From: Hormiphora californensis
Taxonomy: Eukaryota; Animalia; Ctenophora
Length of the DNA: 64,000 nt
Reading direction: 5' to 3'
Assembly (NCBI GenBank): GCA_020137815.1
Contig: CM035353.1
Location: 3,968,001 to 4,032,000 of the forward strand
Under the pieces are notes generated by a model. The model searched no databases. It was not told where the DNA came from and worked only from the letters and a program-made list of their open reading frames with translations. How positions within the stretch are numbered: position 1 is the stretch's first letter; each line of letters starts with the position of its first letter. Of this stretch, positions 50,101 through 60,788 are shown in pieces. The position numbers and the translations under genes were made by a program.

Positions 50101-53100
50101 GAGTGATTTTTTGTTTGTCTGTTTGTGATTGCTAAGTCTGAATAATGACCTGCCCGAAATTTGTAGCGGCCGCACCGAACACGCTTATTATTATATTATA
50201 GACGCCCCATATTTTGTAAAGGAATACACAAACGAAGACACATTTTATCATGGGTTGGCTGTTAACCAAAGTGTAAATTAAATATCAAAAATAATTTAAC
50301 ACATATGCTCGTGTCGGCACTTGCCGTCAGGGCACCTGATGGTTCCAGAGGGACAATCACCGCCATCTCCACCCTCACAGTAGTTGCAGGTCTTGGCACA
50401 GTTCTTCTTCATATAGTCAACCCATCCGTTGGCACTGCAGTAACTGGACCATTTGGCACAGTCGCTGACATTGTCCTTGCAGTCGGGGTCAGGGTTGGGG
50501 CTGGGGCCATCATCACTCTCATCGGGCTTGTAGTTGGTGGCGGCATCAGATCCACTGTCGCTGGCTCCGGTGCTGGTAAGGGCAGGGTAGCTGGAATAGT
50601 CGTAGAGATGACAGTTGTGGTAGTTCCTGGCGAACTTGACGAATCCCTGATCTCCCCAGTTGGTTCCCCAGGAGTTCTTGACCAGGATGAAAGATTTAGT
50701 GTACCCGACCATGGTGACGGCGTGGTTGGCACTTCCTCGGCAGGTGGTATCCTTCATGATGGTTCCATCGTACTGGAAGAACTTGTCGGTGACCTCGAAG
50801 GCAACGGCGATGGATCCCTTGGTCAAGGCCTCCAAATGGGCACTCTCACTCCTGGAGACGGCGGTGTTTCCGGAGATCTTGTAGGCCTTGGCACCGTTGG
50901 CAGTGCTGCTGGATCGGCAAGTTCCGTCAGATCCTCGGTAGGGCATGGCAGAGGTAGCGGCAATTCGGCCACCGTTCTTGGCACTCCAGTCGTAGCAGTC
51001 ACTCATCCATCCACCGTTACATCCGTTCCTCCTTCCCTCATAGACACAGTCCAGGTACTCCTGCTCGGCGAAGTTCCTGAGGACACCGCTCTTCTGCTTG
51101 TAGTGGGTCTCAAGACCTCCGACAGCTCCGAAAGTCCAGCAAGATCCACAAGATCCCTGGTTCTTGACGGGGGTAACATCTCCGGTGTTGGTCCAGAGAA
51201 CCTTCTCGGGCCGGGCGTTGAAGCTCTGGAGACCAGTGGGCTCGGGTCCCATCTCAAGTCCAGAAACGTTGAGTCCAAGGTAGCTCTGTTTCTCCATGGG
51301 GGTCATGAAGGAGAACTTGTTGACTCCGTACTGGGCGGTATCCTCAACGTCCTCGTTGTAGTCGGCAACCTTCATGGCAGAGCTCCTGAACAGTCGGAAT
51401 CGGAAGGAATCCTCGGATCGTCCAAAGTTAAGATGGTTCTTAACCTTCATCTGCCTGAACAGAGAAGCGGTAGCGGAGGAAGACCTCAGGACGGACCTGA
51501 GGGGATCCTCGGCAAAGGCAACAGCCAAAAGGCAGACCAGGACAATCTTCATCTTGTAGTTGTAGTTGTTTGGGTAATGATGGAGTGAAGGATGGGGGTA
51601 TTTATACACTTCCGATACCAGTGCTGCCTTCACAACTCGGACCACCCGTCAATTCGTTTAGCACATAGTTTGAGCGATTATTCCCCGCAAAACACAATTA
51701 GCACGGGATTAGCACTTTCAAATTTCAAAAAACACGTAAGTTCTTATTCCATTTGCCAGCTTTGTTTCCCCGCCCTCTTCTGATTTCTAACACCTGGGAC
51801 CTGGGTTAGAGTTGACTCAGAGTGTTTCACAAAAGAATCTTTTTAAATAAAAAGTTTTTCTGCTAACCTAGATCATCAGAGTGAGCTTCGTAGTTGCATC
51901 TTAAACACAGGACATTTAAGTTTTAATTGTGCCCCCACTGCACAGGGATTTCACAAACTCCTGTTGTAATAATACATGCTACACAGGGTTATCACTAAAA
52001 TGTTCTACAGGGTTATCAGAGAAGATTGGCGATATCAAGTTGAACAAACAAGCCCGTGCCACACTCCTTTCCATTGCCGATGCTATCTCTCTCAACTTCA
52101 CCAGTGTCAACGCCTTCAACTATGCCATGAAACAGAAGAACCCCAAAATCCATGTCGAGGTAAAAACCAGGAACCGACCGAATCAGGAAATACTGGTCCC
52201 TGATTGGCTGATAACCAGTCACGTGACCTAAATAACGATTTCTGATTGGTTTTTTACTTGTTTCGGTCGGTTCCTGGTAAAAACTAAAAACCCTGATTCC
52301 ACTTGTTCCGTGCCTTGTAATCTCTCTATACGAGGGGGCATGTTGGTGCAGGACCCAGTAAGTCCTATCCAACTTCCTATCCCAATGGTTATGACTCATG
52401 TCATCTCTCCCTAACTACCCGCGACCGAATTACCCCCACTAATTCTCATTCTACCCCCCCTCCATCTTAGATGCTAAACTGGATGGCGGACACGATTCTT
52501 TTGTTTGGCATGCGAATTCAGATCAAGGCTCACATTCCATTTTTAAAACAATGTGTGGCATCCCCCAATGCCCAAATCAGGACTGCTGCTCTCAACTGTA
52601 TTGGCACATTCTCCATGTACTCAGGTGTGTACCACCCCCCCCCCCCCCCCGGTTTGTACTGCACAACCAGGGCGGGGGGATGTTTATCGTTTTCCCTGAG
52701 AAGAGGGTATGAGAGGGAACCAGATTTAGCTCTCTTTTACATGTTAACAGCGGGGGGATGACTACAAAACACGTCATGTTAACATTGTTGTTAATCACTG
52801 CAGGGGCGGCAATATCGGCGGCATTTTCCGACATTGACAACAAACAAACTGTCTCTGCGATCGAGGCATCAATCGAGAAGTTCAAAACAGGCACTCCTCC
52901 CACCCCTACACACGGTGTTTCTGCCACTGCTGGCGGTGAAGGTATAAATTGTTTTCATTAGGTTCTGGTAATATCCAAGTCCAAGATAGATAGTTTTCAT
53001 TAGTATAGGTTCTGGTAATATCCAAGTCCAAGATAGATGAGTATATAGGAAGGGTGTTTCTGATCCCATTTTGTTCAGGTGATGAGGGTGAGGGTGAGGG

Positions 53101-56100
53101 TGATGAAGGTGATGCAGCAGGTGACGATGGAGCTATGGATATGGAAGATCTGATTGAACGGAAAGATATCTCCAACCAATTAGATGGTCTGGTTGCTATG
53201 TAGGTTGAGAGAGAGAGAGAGAGATAGAGAGCTAGAGAGAGAGAGAGATAGAGAGAAACAAGAAGATGGGGTTTAACCTTCCTTCCCGCAGGATGGGTAG
53301 TTCGACATGGAAAGAGAGAGCAGAAGCTTTGGAGACTGCGGAGAAGAATATGAAAGACGCTGCCAACATAACACCTAACTTATCATCCGATTTCCTGGCC
53401 GCTATGAAAGCTTGCCTTGCAGACAAAAACATGGCCGTCAAAAACAAAGGTAGGTGTCAGGAACCGACCGAATCAGGAAATACTGGTCCCTGATTGGCTA
53501 ATAACTAGTCACGTGACCTAAATAACGAATTTTGATTGGTTGTTTACTTGTTTCGGTCGGTTCCTGGTAGATGGTCATTGGTCACACTTTGGTAGCAAAA
53601 GAGTCACAGTACCGGCAGTAGTATGTAGTACTTGTTGAAGGGGAACTGACCGATCTCCATGGAAACTAAACCCCTCCATTGCAGCTATTGCCACGATGAC
53701 AGCACTTGGAAAGGCCCTGGGACCCGGAACTGTGAAACACAAGGACATGTTGATGCTGTTGGTGCCCCTACTGGGAGATAGCAAGAAAGGCGTCCAAGTC
53801 ATGGTGGGTAGTTGTGTGTGTTTGTTGTTACAGTCGGACCCCGATTTAGGGCCCCCCGATTTAGTGGCACCCCGATTTAGGGACAGGATTTTTTCCCCGA
53901 TATAGGAAATTAACCTTATTTGACCCTGATTTAGTGGACACCCCGATTTAGTGGACAAGAGCCTTTCCCCCGAGGGTGTCCCTAAATCGGGGTCCGACTG
54001 TACTAAACACCATGGAATAAAGCTCATATTGTGTTGTACATATGTGTTTCGTAATAAAATCCCAAAATTATTTTATACATAGCGAACCAATCCCCTAAAC
54101 TAAAATGACAATGATTATTTTCACAAGGTACTGGATACCCTTAATATTTGGATTGAGCATGTCAATATTAGACGCCTCCTTACTGCGGAGGATCTGGTTC
54201 CAGCATCCACCGACAATAACCCAAACCTAAGGTAAAGTCTTGTCTAGCTAGACTGTGTTTCGCACGCCCCGCCCTTCTTCACAAATGTAAAGGAGGGTTA
54301 GAACATCTTGAGTAGTAAATCTGAAGTTTACTCCCCTTGATGTTTTTATCAATTAGAATGACTGAATAGTTATATAGTGCTATATCAGATACAGCACTAT
54401 ATAGTACATATATATAGTATATACCAGGAACCGACCGAATCAGGAAATACTGGTCCCTGATTGGCTGAAAACCAGTCACGTGACCTAAATAACGAGTTCT
54501 GATTGGTTGTTTACTTGTGTCGGTCGGTTCCTGCTATATACAGTGTATCTATAATAACCCCCCTCTCTCTCCCCCTCCTCAGGATTTGTCTTTTTAACTG
54601 GCTGACGGAGCAGATCAAAACGGCAAAAGTTCCCCCAAAGCTGCCGAAGGAACTGAATCTCCTAGTTTTGGGACTGTACAAGTCTCTCGAGGACCGAAAC
54701 CCTGATGTGAGTCAACGATCAGCCCCCCCCCCCACGATCACCCCCCCCCCCCCCCCCACGATTGGTGTTCAGGCAGAGTATCACGGTGTCTTGAATTGAA
54801 CCTTTTTTAGTGTACTAACCACTACAGCTCCACCCGTAATCACTCTCGATAATTAAAACTGATTAATGTTTAGGTGAGGAAAGCTGCCCAGGCATGTTTG
54901 CCCTATATTATGGCTCACGTAGGGTTCCCAGGGATGATGGAGAAGGTATCCTCACTCGACACGAAGAGCAAGAAAACCATCCAGGTATAACACAATATAT
55001 GGTAGTTATTATACAGGTATAATGTGATGTTTAGGGGGGGGCGACATGTTAATTGTTAATAAATCACCTCTTTTTTCCGATTTTGTTAATTAACGTTAAT
55101 TAACAAAATTAACAAAATTAACAAATGCTAAAAGACTGTTCTTATTGGTTAATAATACGACTTTAACTGGTTTAATTTTATAGTTTAATGACTTACCTAA
55201 CACATACATACCCAAACAAGGCCTTTTCCGATAACCAAAGTCCGACATACAGGTTTTTGGCTCAAAATCGATAAAAATCCAAAAGTTGCAAATATTTCAA
55301 TTTAGCGTATAAAATCTCATTTTAAGGTAATTTTTTCATTGGTAATCGATTCTTTGAACTTAATAAGATGAAATACAACTTTTCTGTTGGAAAAAGAAAT
55401 ACAATTTTTCCAAAATCAATTTTTTGGTCAAAGATTGAAAATTTGCTTCGCTACAAATCCTTGTGTTTTTTTAGAAAAAAATTATTTTCGGGATTTTTTT
55501 CGATTTAAGGTAAATTCATGAGTCTCGTTAAGTTTTTAGGGTTGGAAAATATGGATTATGGTCATTTGACATCAATTGCGGTTTAGTTTGGCTAGTTTTA
55601 TTAAAATTTACATAATGGAACAAATCGCTGTAGAAAAGCCGTAGTAGACGTCTTTAGGCTATGTAAATCGTGCAGAAGGGACGCCTTTGCTCGCAGAACA
55701 ACATGCAGCAAGTGTTCAATACCAAAAACACATGATAAAGGGGATTTAGATGAAAAAAATGGCGTTTGTTAACATTTGTTAAACTTTTGTTAATTTTGTT
55801 AATAAATCACCTGTTTTCTCGATGTTAATATTAACAAAGTTAACAAAATTAACATGTCGCACCCCCCGATGTTTAGGTTTAAAAGAAAACCATCCAGGTA
55901 TAACACAATATATGGTAGTTATTATACAGGTATAACACAATATGGTAGTTATTATACAGGGGGATATATGTGTGATGTTTAGGTTTAAACCTGTCAAGGG
56001 ACAACAACCTCATCATATAAACCGCATAAACCTCATCTATAATGAGGTTTATATGAGGTTGTTTTCCCGTGGGCCGTGACTGAACTGAGTGAACAGCCGA

Positions 56101-56255
56101 TACAGGGTGATATTTTGAATTTAAGATCAAAAGGAAAGCTCGAGTAAGAGAGAGAAGACGAGAGAGAGGGATAGACGTCTCTCGCTAGAGAGCTAAATAG
56201 GAGTAGATAGATCTCTACGCCTCTAGCTATAGAGAGCCTGAAGTCTTCTCTCTCT

Positions 56256-56313
<58 letters not shown>

Positions 56314-57277
56314 TTCTTAGGATCTGCTAGATAAAAACAAGGAACAGGCGGATGCTTTGGCCCCCAAGAAACCTCCCCCAAAAGCAAAGGCAGCTCCGCC
56401 TGAAGAAAAGCCTGTCAAGGTATGAATACACAAACCGCTTGTTTATCTTTTTATTTTTCGACAACTTTTTCGGGAGCCACGTTAGTTAGCTCTCCACTTT
56501 CTCTAGCAAAAAAGTGGACCTAAATCAGCCAACTCACCGGCTAAGAAAACAACAGGGTCTGCCAAAAAGGGCAATTTAAGGGTAACTTAATGTGTACAAA
56601 TTGTGATCATATATATAATTATGCGTCTCTAAATTATTTCACACACCCATTGTGCTGTCATCTATTTTCGCACCACATTTAAATTCCCTAATCATGTTTA
56701 CATCTGATCGAAAACCATTGATTCAACCACTAACCTACCGTTGTTGTGCCAGTCCAAATGGGGGTACCGTCCTCTATATCCCACCACTATATTTATACCC
56801 TATCCTGTGTAGAAGGTGACTAGCCCGATAAAAGCAGCATCTGCTGTTCGAGGATGGGGACTCAGGCCGTGACTCCTCTCCTGCCCCCGCAAAGAGAACT
56901 GCACCCGGCAAAAAGGGTAAGTGTGAAATGATAATGTTTTTCACTGATTTAGTAGGGTACCGTTACTTATTGGGTGTGTGTGAAATGATATGTTTTTCAC
57001 TGATTTAGGAGGGTTGGCCAAGAAGCCAAACACGGGTGTGTGTGTGTGTGTGTGTGTGAAATGATGAGTTAATGTGTTTTTCACTGATTTAGGGGGGTTG
57101 GCCAAGAAGCCAAACACGGGTGCTGGTGCTGCAGGGGGGAAGAAAAAGAAAGGAGAAGAGGAGGATACGGATAGCCCTTTGAAACCAAATGAAAAGGGGA
57201 AAACCCAGAGATTCAAGGATGAGGCTTCACTGAAACTTCTCAAGTGGAACTTCAAGGTTGGTTATACATCTTTCTTT

Positions 57278-57330
<53 letters not shown>

Positions 57331-58062
57331 ATGTCTGTATGTCTGTATGTCTATCTATCTATTTCTCTCAACCTTTATTAGGATACCCCCAAAATATCGG
57401 GTCTTATTAAGGGACAGGTATAACCAGGTGACACGTACCTAAATAATTTGTCTCACTGTCGTTTGAATTCAGCTTTTATTTCGTAATGAAAATTATGTAC
57501 TACAAATTGGGGCGATTCTGGTGTAACTGTATGTTGTGCAGCTGCAACTTTCCATTATGTTCATGTAACAGCTTGCGTGTTTTAATGGTATCGATATCAG
57601 GAACCGACTGAATCAGGAAATACTGGTCCCTGATTGGCTGATAACCAGTCACGTGACGAGTTCTGATTGGTTGTTTACTTGTTTTGGTCGGTTCCTGATC
57701 GATATCGTTTGTAAGAGCTGTTCGGAGCTAGCTGAGTTTGGTACATATCTGAATATTTCCGAGGTTCCTCAACAGGAACCGACCGAAACAAGTAAACAAC
57801 CAATCAGAACTCGTTATTTAGGTCACGTGACTGGTTATCAGCCAATCAGGGACCAGTATTTCCTGATTCGGTCGGTTCCTCATACCTGCTGCGCCGGTAG
57901 GTATGCAAGATAAATCTGACACATTCCCTGTCCAGGTACCCCGGCAAGAGTACTTTGATCAACTTCAAGAACTTATGGAACCGGTGTGCAGTCCAGGATT
58001 ATTCGCAAAGTTATTCCACGCGGACTTTAAACAGCATATAGAGGCACTCAAGATCCTTATAT
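30313..58062 (+). CDS. CKAP5: XMAP215/ch-TOG microtubule polymerase (TOG1 to the start of TOG5; continues beyond the last exon found)
   Basis: Exons by eye: 30313-30369 (MGDPADWESLPTIEKCLHK), 31168-31254 (NWKARVEGYE), 31457-31563, [gap], 33857-33943 (EMYRW), 36250-36385, 39416-39537, 40110-40191 (WKIRKEALE), 40493-40609 (KDSNIVVVQLAAKCLAGLAKGLRK), 40735-40847, 40995-41159, 41803-41931, 46306-46492, 46719-46859, 47188-47330, 48663-48744, 52011-52159, 52471-52624, 52804-52941, 53079-53199, 53292-53449, 53685-53803, 54128-54231, 54583-54706, 54874-54984, 56320-56418, 56507-56581, about 56839-56916, 57093-57256 (LLKWNF), 57937-58062 (LFHADFKQH). Confidence 0.93.
30481..31137 (+). mobile_element. 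Element of about 660 bp, copy 2 (family of 12910-13574), in CKAP5 intron 1
   Basis: Colinear similarity to 12910-13574. Confidence 0.8.
32342..32449 (-). mobile_element. Short interspersed element of about 110 bp with subterminal IR and (TAT)n tail
   Basis: The same element occurs at 49003-49956, split by an insertion. Confidence 0.75.
32938..33795. mobile_element. Foldback element, near-perfect palindrome (arms about 370 bp)
   Basis: 32982-33355 is inverted at about 33380-33752. Confidence 0.85.
33963..34050. mobile_element. Tc1/mariner-type MITE (ta|CAGTCGGACCCCG...CGGGGTCCGACTG|ta)
   Basis: TIRs and TA TSD; longer relative at 53831-54000. Confidence 0.85.
34991..35108. repeat. (GA)n microsatellite
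   Basis: Direct. Confidence 0.95.
36531..38215 (+). other. Diverged duplicate of five CKAP5 TOG2 exons and their introns (probable second haplotype)
   Basis: Colinear with 39292-41090; decays into homopolymer-rich sequence in the middle of an exon at about 38190. Confidence 0.8.
37574..37818. mobile_element. Hairpin-plus-tail insertion with 12-bp TSD (gtatggagaagt)
   Basis: 96-bp perfect arms, 5-nt loop, 48-nt tail; empty site at about 40693-40704. Confidence 0.9.
38415..39291. mobile_element. Kolobok-like foldback related to 28552-29855 (left end lost)
   Basis: Shared inner arms; ends gtaccc|ttaa; the TTAA site is empty at 36531. Confidence 0.8.
39560..39995. repeat. 24-bp minisatellite (ggggaggtgatacactgttataat), about 17 copies
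   Basis: Only about 3 units in the duplicate intron at 36790-36855. Confidence 0.92.
41236..41808 (+). repeat. 32-bp tandem repeat (18 copies) containing the CKAP5 splice acceptor
   Basis: Unit cacttcacaaacatatctcctagttgttgtac; the last unit runs into exon 41803. Confidence 0.95.
42180..42982. mobile_element. Insertion with interleaved inverted repeats (X-Y-Z-X'-W-Z') within a minisatellite
   Basis: X 42180-42407 / X' 42560-42795; Z 42497-42560 / Z' 42918-42982; atcttatctct flanks both sides. Confidence 0.75.
43246..43354 (+). mobile_element. 109-bp hAT-like MITE (CAGGAACCGAC TIR, 8-bp TSD ctccttta)
   Basis: Other copies at 52168-52276, 53458-53566, about 54425-54533, about 57598-57697 and 57773-57880. 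Confidence 0.9.
43869..45832 (+). CDS. Nested basic repeat protein (exons 43869-44048 and 44315-45832, about 565 aa) with 49-aa repeats and nine RxxW-anchored amphipathic motifs
   Basis: 488-aa ORF; 147-bp repeats starting at 44783, 44930, 45077, 45224 and 45371; in-frame phase-0 intron cgg|gtataa...cctag|gtc. Confidence 0.7.
44060..44268. repeat. (GACA)n/(GACT)n microsatellite
   Basis: Direct. Confidence 0.95.
47559..48170 (-). CDS. Nested intronless secreted poly-Asn protein (203 aa), probable GPI anchor
   Basis: Signal peptide MMKITVVLILLAACSVVTDG; four poly-N tracts after R-A junctions; WNCNPWGL x2; WYCxxCY x2; SSSG plus hydrophobic C-terminal tail. Confidence 0.8.
   Translation of the reverse strand: MMKITVVLILLAACSVVTDGNDLEPRANNNNNNNNNNNNNNNNNNNNNNNNNNNNWNCNPWGLNRQTRANNNNNNNNNNNNNNNNNNNNFNNYYYADWYCGACYNTLKARANNNNNNNNNNNNNNNNNNNNNWNCNPWGLKRQTRANNNNNNNNNNNNNNNNYNNYNYAQWYCNSCYSSSGITPSISWVVMGLVTLLAPRLVL
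49062..49901. mobile_element. DNA transposon derivative with poly-G/poly-C-tipped TIRs and 8-bp TSD attttggc, nested in the 110-bp element
   Basis: gggg..ccggctgaagtttttgaag / cttcaaaaacttcagccggcccc; the empty site is visible in the 32342 copy. Confidence 0.85.
50296..51552 (-). CDS. Nested intronless papain-family (C1A, cathepsin L-like) cysteine protease with C-terminal ShKT domain (418 aa)
   Basis: Signal peptide; I29-like prodomain; QGSCGSCW, NHAV and KNSWG catalytic motifs; CKDNVSDCAKWSSYC...MKKNCAKTCNYC; TATAAA about 50 nt upstream. Confidence 0.92.
   Translation of the reverse strand: MKIVLVCLLAVAFAEDPLRSVLRSSSATASLFRQMKVKNHLNFGRSEDSFRFRLFRSSAMKVADYNEDVEDTAQYGVNKFSFMTPMEKQSYLGLNVSGLEMGPEPTGLQSFNARPEKVLWTNTGDVTPVKNQGSCGSCWTFGAVGGLETHYKQKSGVLRNFAEQEYLDCVYEGRRNGCNGGWMSDCYDWSAKNGGRIAATSAMPYRGSDGTCRSSSTANGAKAYKISGNTAVSRSESAHLEALTKGSIAVAFEVTDKFFQYDGTIMKDTTCRGSANHAVTMVGYTKSFILVKNSWGTNWGDQGFVKFARNYHNCHLYDYSSYPALTSTGASDSGSDAATNYKPDESDDGPSPNPDPDCKDNVSDCAKWSSYCSANGWVDYMKKNCAKTCNYCEGGDGGDCPSGTIRCPDGKCRHEHMC
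52168..52276 (-). mobile_element. 109-bp hAT-like MITE; its TSD gtaaaaac is the first 8 nt of the intron
   Basis: TSD at 52160-52167 and 52277-52284. Confidence 0.9.
53831..54000. mobile_element. Tc1/mariner-type MITE (CAGTCGGACCCCG family)
   Basis: TIRs, TA TSD. Confidence 0.85.
55034..55867. mobile_element. Poly-G-tipped TIR element with 8-9-bp TSD gatgttta(g)
   Basis: ggggggcgacatgttaatt / aattaacatgtcgcacccccc; second copy from about 62965. Confidence 0.8.
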
Positions 58063-58122
58063 GTAAGTTGAGAGATATATGACGTCATAGTATACAAATA
58101 AAAACAAGGAAGTTTAGTTCAA

Positions 58123-58167
58123 CAGTTTACACATGTTTCAATACAAAATTGTATTTCATCAGAACTG
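58123..58167 (-). ncRNA. Type I minimal hammerhead ribozyme (PLE 3' end)
   Basis: Reverse complement of 60789-60833. Confidence 0.88.
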
Positions 58168-58222
58168 AATCACACTTGTCCCGTTCCAGGTTTCTTGCTT
58201 GCTCCTTCATAAAGCCATCCAA

Positions 58223-59887
58223 TTAGAGATTGTATTTCTTGTGATGTCTGCAACTACCCATGATCTCGCTTCTCCGGTTTAGGAGTTGGTGGTTCCTGGA
58301 CTCCATCAAAATCTCCATCTTCTCGGTAGTGCACAGGTCACAGAACCGATCCCCAATTCTGTACGGTCTTCCCTTTTTCCTCACTTTCCAAGTGATCCCG
58401 AATGTGATCCCCCTGTCCTTCAACTCCCACACCTTTTCAGACAGCCTTGTAGATGTTCTTTTTTCGGAGTTGTTGAATGTGTGCTTGTGCTGGCTGAATC
58501 GGGTTTTAAATGAGTTCCCTGTTAACCCGATGTAGAGAAATTTCTGGTTGCAGCTGGTCTTCAGTTGAGCTTCGTATACCAATGATTCGGTGAGGCACTT
58601 TCCATCCAATGGACAACTTCCCTTGTCCTTACAGTTGCATAATTTATCAGGCACATCTGTTGGTTTCGGGCCCCCATGTGTGAGTTTTTTGTTGTGGGCC
58701 TTTATCCTCGATTCCATGTTTTTCATGCAACTGTATGATACCTTGAGAGTGTTTTTGTTGAAGATCTGGCTGTAAATGTGTCCTGCTGGAAAGTGTCTTG
58801 CCACTAAACCAAGAAACTTTCGTCCCAGGTCCGTTTCAACATCCACAGAAAATGGTGGGTTAAACCATATTACCCTTCGGCGTCCTTTCCTTTTCTTTTT
58901 CCCTTTTCTCGCCACGTCTTTATATTCCGTTGAGAAGCCCTTGTAACCACTCTGCTCCAAAGCTCCTTGGTAGTGATATCGTGCCGCTTGGAAAGCACTT
59001 GGACTGGATGACAATCGTCTTATGCGATCCATTACCATGTCAGGGATGTTCTTCAGCACAGTTGGCGGATGGTTGGATGAGCTATGAACATAATTCGAGG
59101 TTTTTCCATCCTTGCGAAATGGCATGAATGTACCATCATTTCTCATCGTGGTGTCAAGAAAGTTGATGTACTCCGATGGCATTGATACCTCGATTTTCAA
59201 CCCTTCCTCCTGGAAGATTGATATCAAATCTTTCCTGATCCTCTCCATTTTGGGTCCGTTTGGCTCTTCCACGATGATCAGCCCATCATCCCTGTACAAC
59301 CCATGGCTCTCTTTTGGGATACAGCTCGAGACCTTGTTGAGCATGTATAGACCCACAATTTCGCATGTTTCAGCTCCATCGTAGGCCCCCATAGTGACAT
59401 CGAAAATGGACTCTTTCCTGTGCCATATTTCCCCATTCATGTCAAACAACATTGACTTCCGACTGTGATGTATGACCTCCCAATCCTCCTCACTAATATC
59501 TATGAACTGCCCAACAAACCGGAGAGCCCTGTCCAGCAGCTCCTCCCCAATTGAAGGGTAAAATGCTTCTATGTCATACGAAATGAACTTGAACCCATTA
59601 GATCTTTTTCCCTTAAACCATTGCAGTACTTCATCCGTTCCCCTCCACTGGTTGCACATCAATTTCGGTCTGAGTTTTGATGTTATTCTCTCCAAGATGA
59701 CCTTGCTCACTTTACCCAAACTAGACTTTGCTGGGTTAATCAGCCTCGTTTGTAACTTGGCTTCAAACCCGGGCTTGTGGTCCTTCATCAAAATGAATGC
59801 TGAGCCGCTCTGGTATTGCTGAACCCTCCCATTGAGCTTTAATTTCGATGCGATAACAGATGCTTCGGTGTTCAGCAACTCAACCAT
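58223..59887 (-). CDS. PLE reverse transcriptase plus GIY-YIG endonuclease (partial, uninterrupted)
   Basis: YDIEAFYPSI, MGAYDGAE, YRDDG; CNC..CPLDGKC; VYEA...YIGLTGNSFKTRF; the C-terminal half is repeated on + at 59897-60733. Confidence 0.92.
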   Translation of the reverse strand: MVELLNTEASVIASKLKLNGRVQQYQSGSAFILMKDHKPGFEAKLQTRLINPAKSSLGKVSKVILERITSKLRPKLMCNQWRGTDEVLQWFKGKRSNGFKFISYDIEAFYPSIGEELLDRALRFVGQFIDISEEDWEVIHHSRKSMLFDMNGEIWHRKESIFDVTMGAYDGAETCEIVGLYMLNKVSSCIPKESHGLYRDDGLIIVEEPNGPKMERIRKDLISIFQEEGLKIEVSMPSEYINFLDTTMRNDGTFMPFRKDGKTSNYVHSSSNHPPTVLKNIPDMVMDRIRRLSSSPSAFQAARYHYQGALEQSGYKGFSTEYKDVARKGKKKRKGRRRVIWFNPPFSVDVETDLGRKFLGLVARHFPAGHIYSQIFNKNTLKVSYSCMKNMESRIKAHNKKLTHGGPKPTDVPDKLCNCKDKGSCPLDGKCLTESLVYEAQLKTSCNQKFLYIGLTGNSFKTRFSQHKHTFNNSEKRTSTRLSEKVWELKDRGITFGITWKVRKKGRPYRIGDRFCDLCTTEKMEILMESRNHQLLNRRSEIMGSCRHHKKYNL

Positions 59888-60788
59888 CCGCCAACTGTGC
59901 TGAAGAACATCCCTGACATGGTAATGGATCGCATAAGACGATTGTCATCCAGTCCAAGTGCTTTCCAAGCGGCACGATATCACTACCAAGGAGCTTTGGA
60001 GCAGAGTGGTTACAAGGGCTTCTCAACGGAATATAAAGACGTGGCGAGAAAAGGGAAAAAGAAAAGGAAAGGACGCCGAAGGGTAATATGGTTTAACCCA
60101 CCATTTTCTGTGGATGTTGAAACGGACCTGGGACGAAAGTTTCTTGGTTTAGTGGCAAGACACTTTCCAGCAGGACACATTTACAGCCAGATCTTCAACA
60201 AAAACACTCTCAAGGTATCATACAGTTGCATGAAAAACATGGAATCGAGGATAAAGGCCCACAACAAAAAACTCACACATGGGGGCCCGAAACCAACAGA
60301 TGTGCCTGATAAATTATGCAACTGTAAGGACAAGGGAAGTTGTCCATTGGATGGAAAGTGCCTCACCGAATCATTGGTATACGAAGCTCAACTGAAGACC
60401 AGCTGCAACCAGAAATTTCTCTACATCGGGTTAACAGGGAACTCATTTAAAACCCGATTCAGCCAGCACAAGCACACATTCAACAACTCCGAAAAAAGAA
60501 CATCTACAAGGCTGTCTGAAAAGGTGTGGGAGTTGAAGGACAGGGGGATCACATTCGGGATCACTTGGAAAGTGAGGAAAAAGGGAAGACCGTACAGAAT
60601 TGGGGATCGGTTCTGTGACCTGTGCACTACCGAGAAGATGGAGATTTTGATGGAGTCCAGGAACCACCAACTCCTAAACCGGAGAAGCGAGATCATGGGT
60701 AGTTGCAGACATCACAAGAAATACAATCTCTAATTGGATGGCTTTATGAAGGAGCAAGCAAGAAACCTGGAACGGGACAAGTGTGATT

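Noticed and set aside
50305-51588. 427-aa + strand ORF
   Set aside because: Antisense shadow of the codon-biased protease gene
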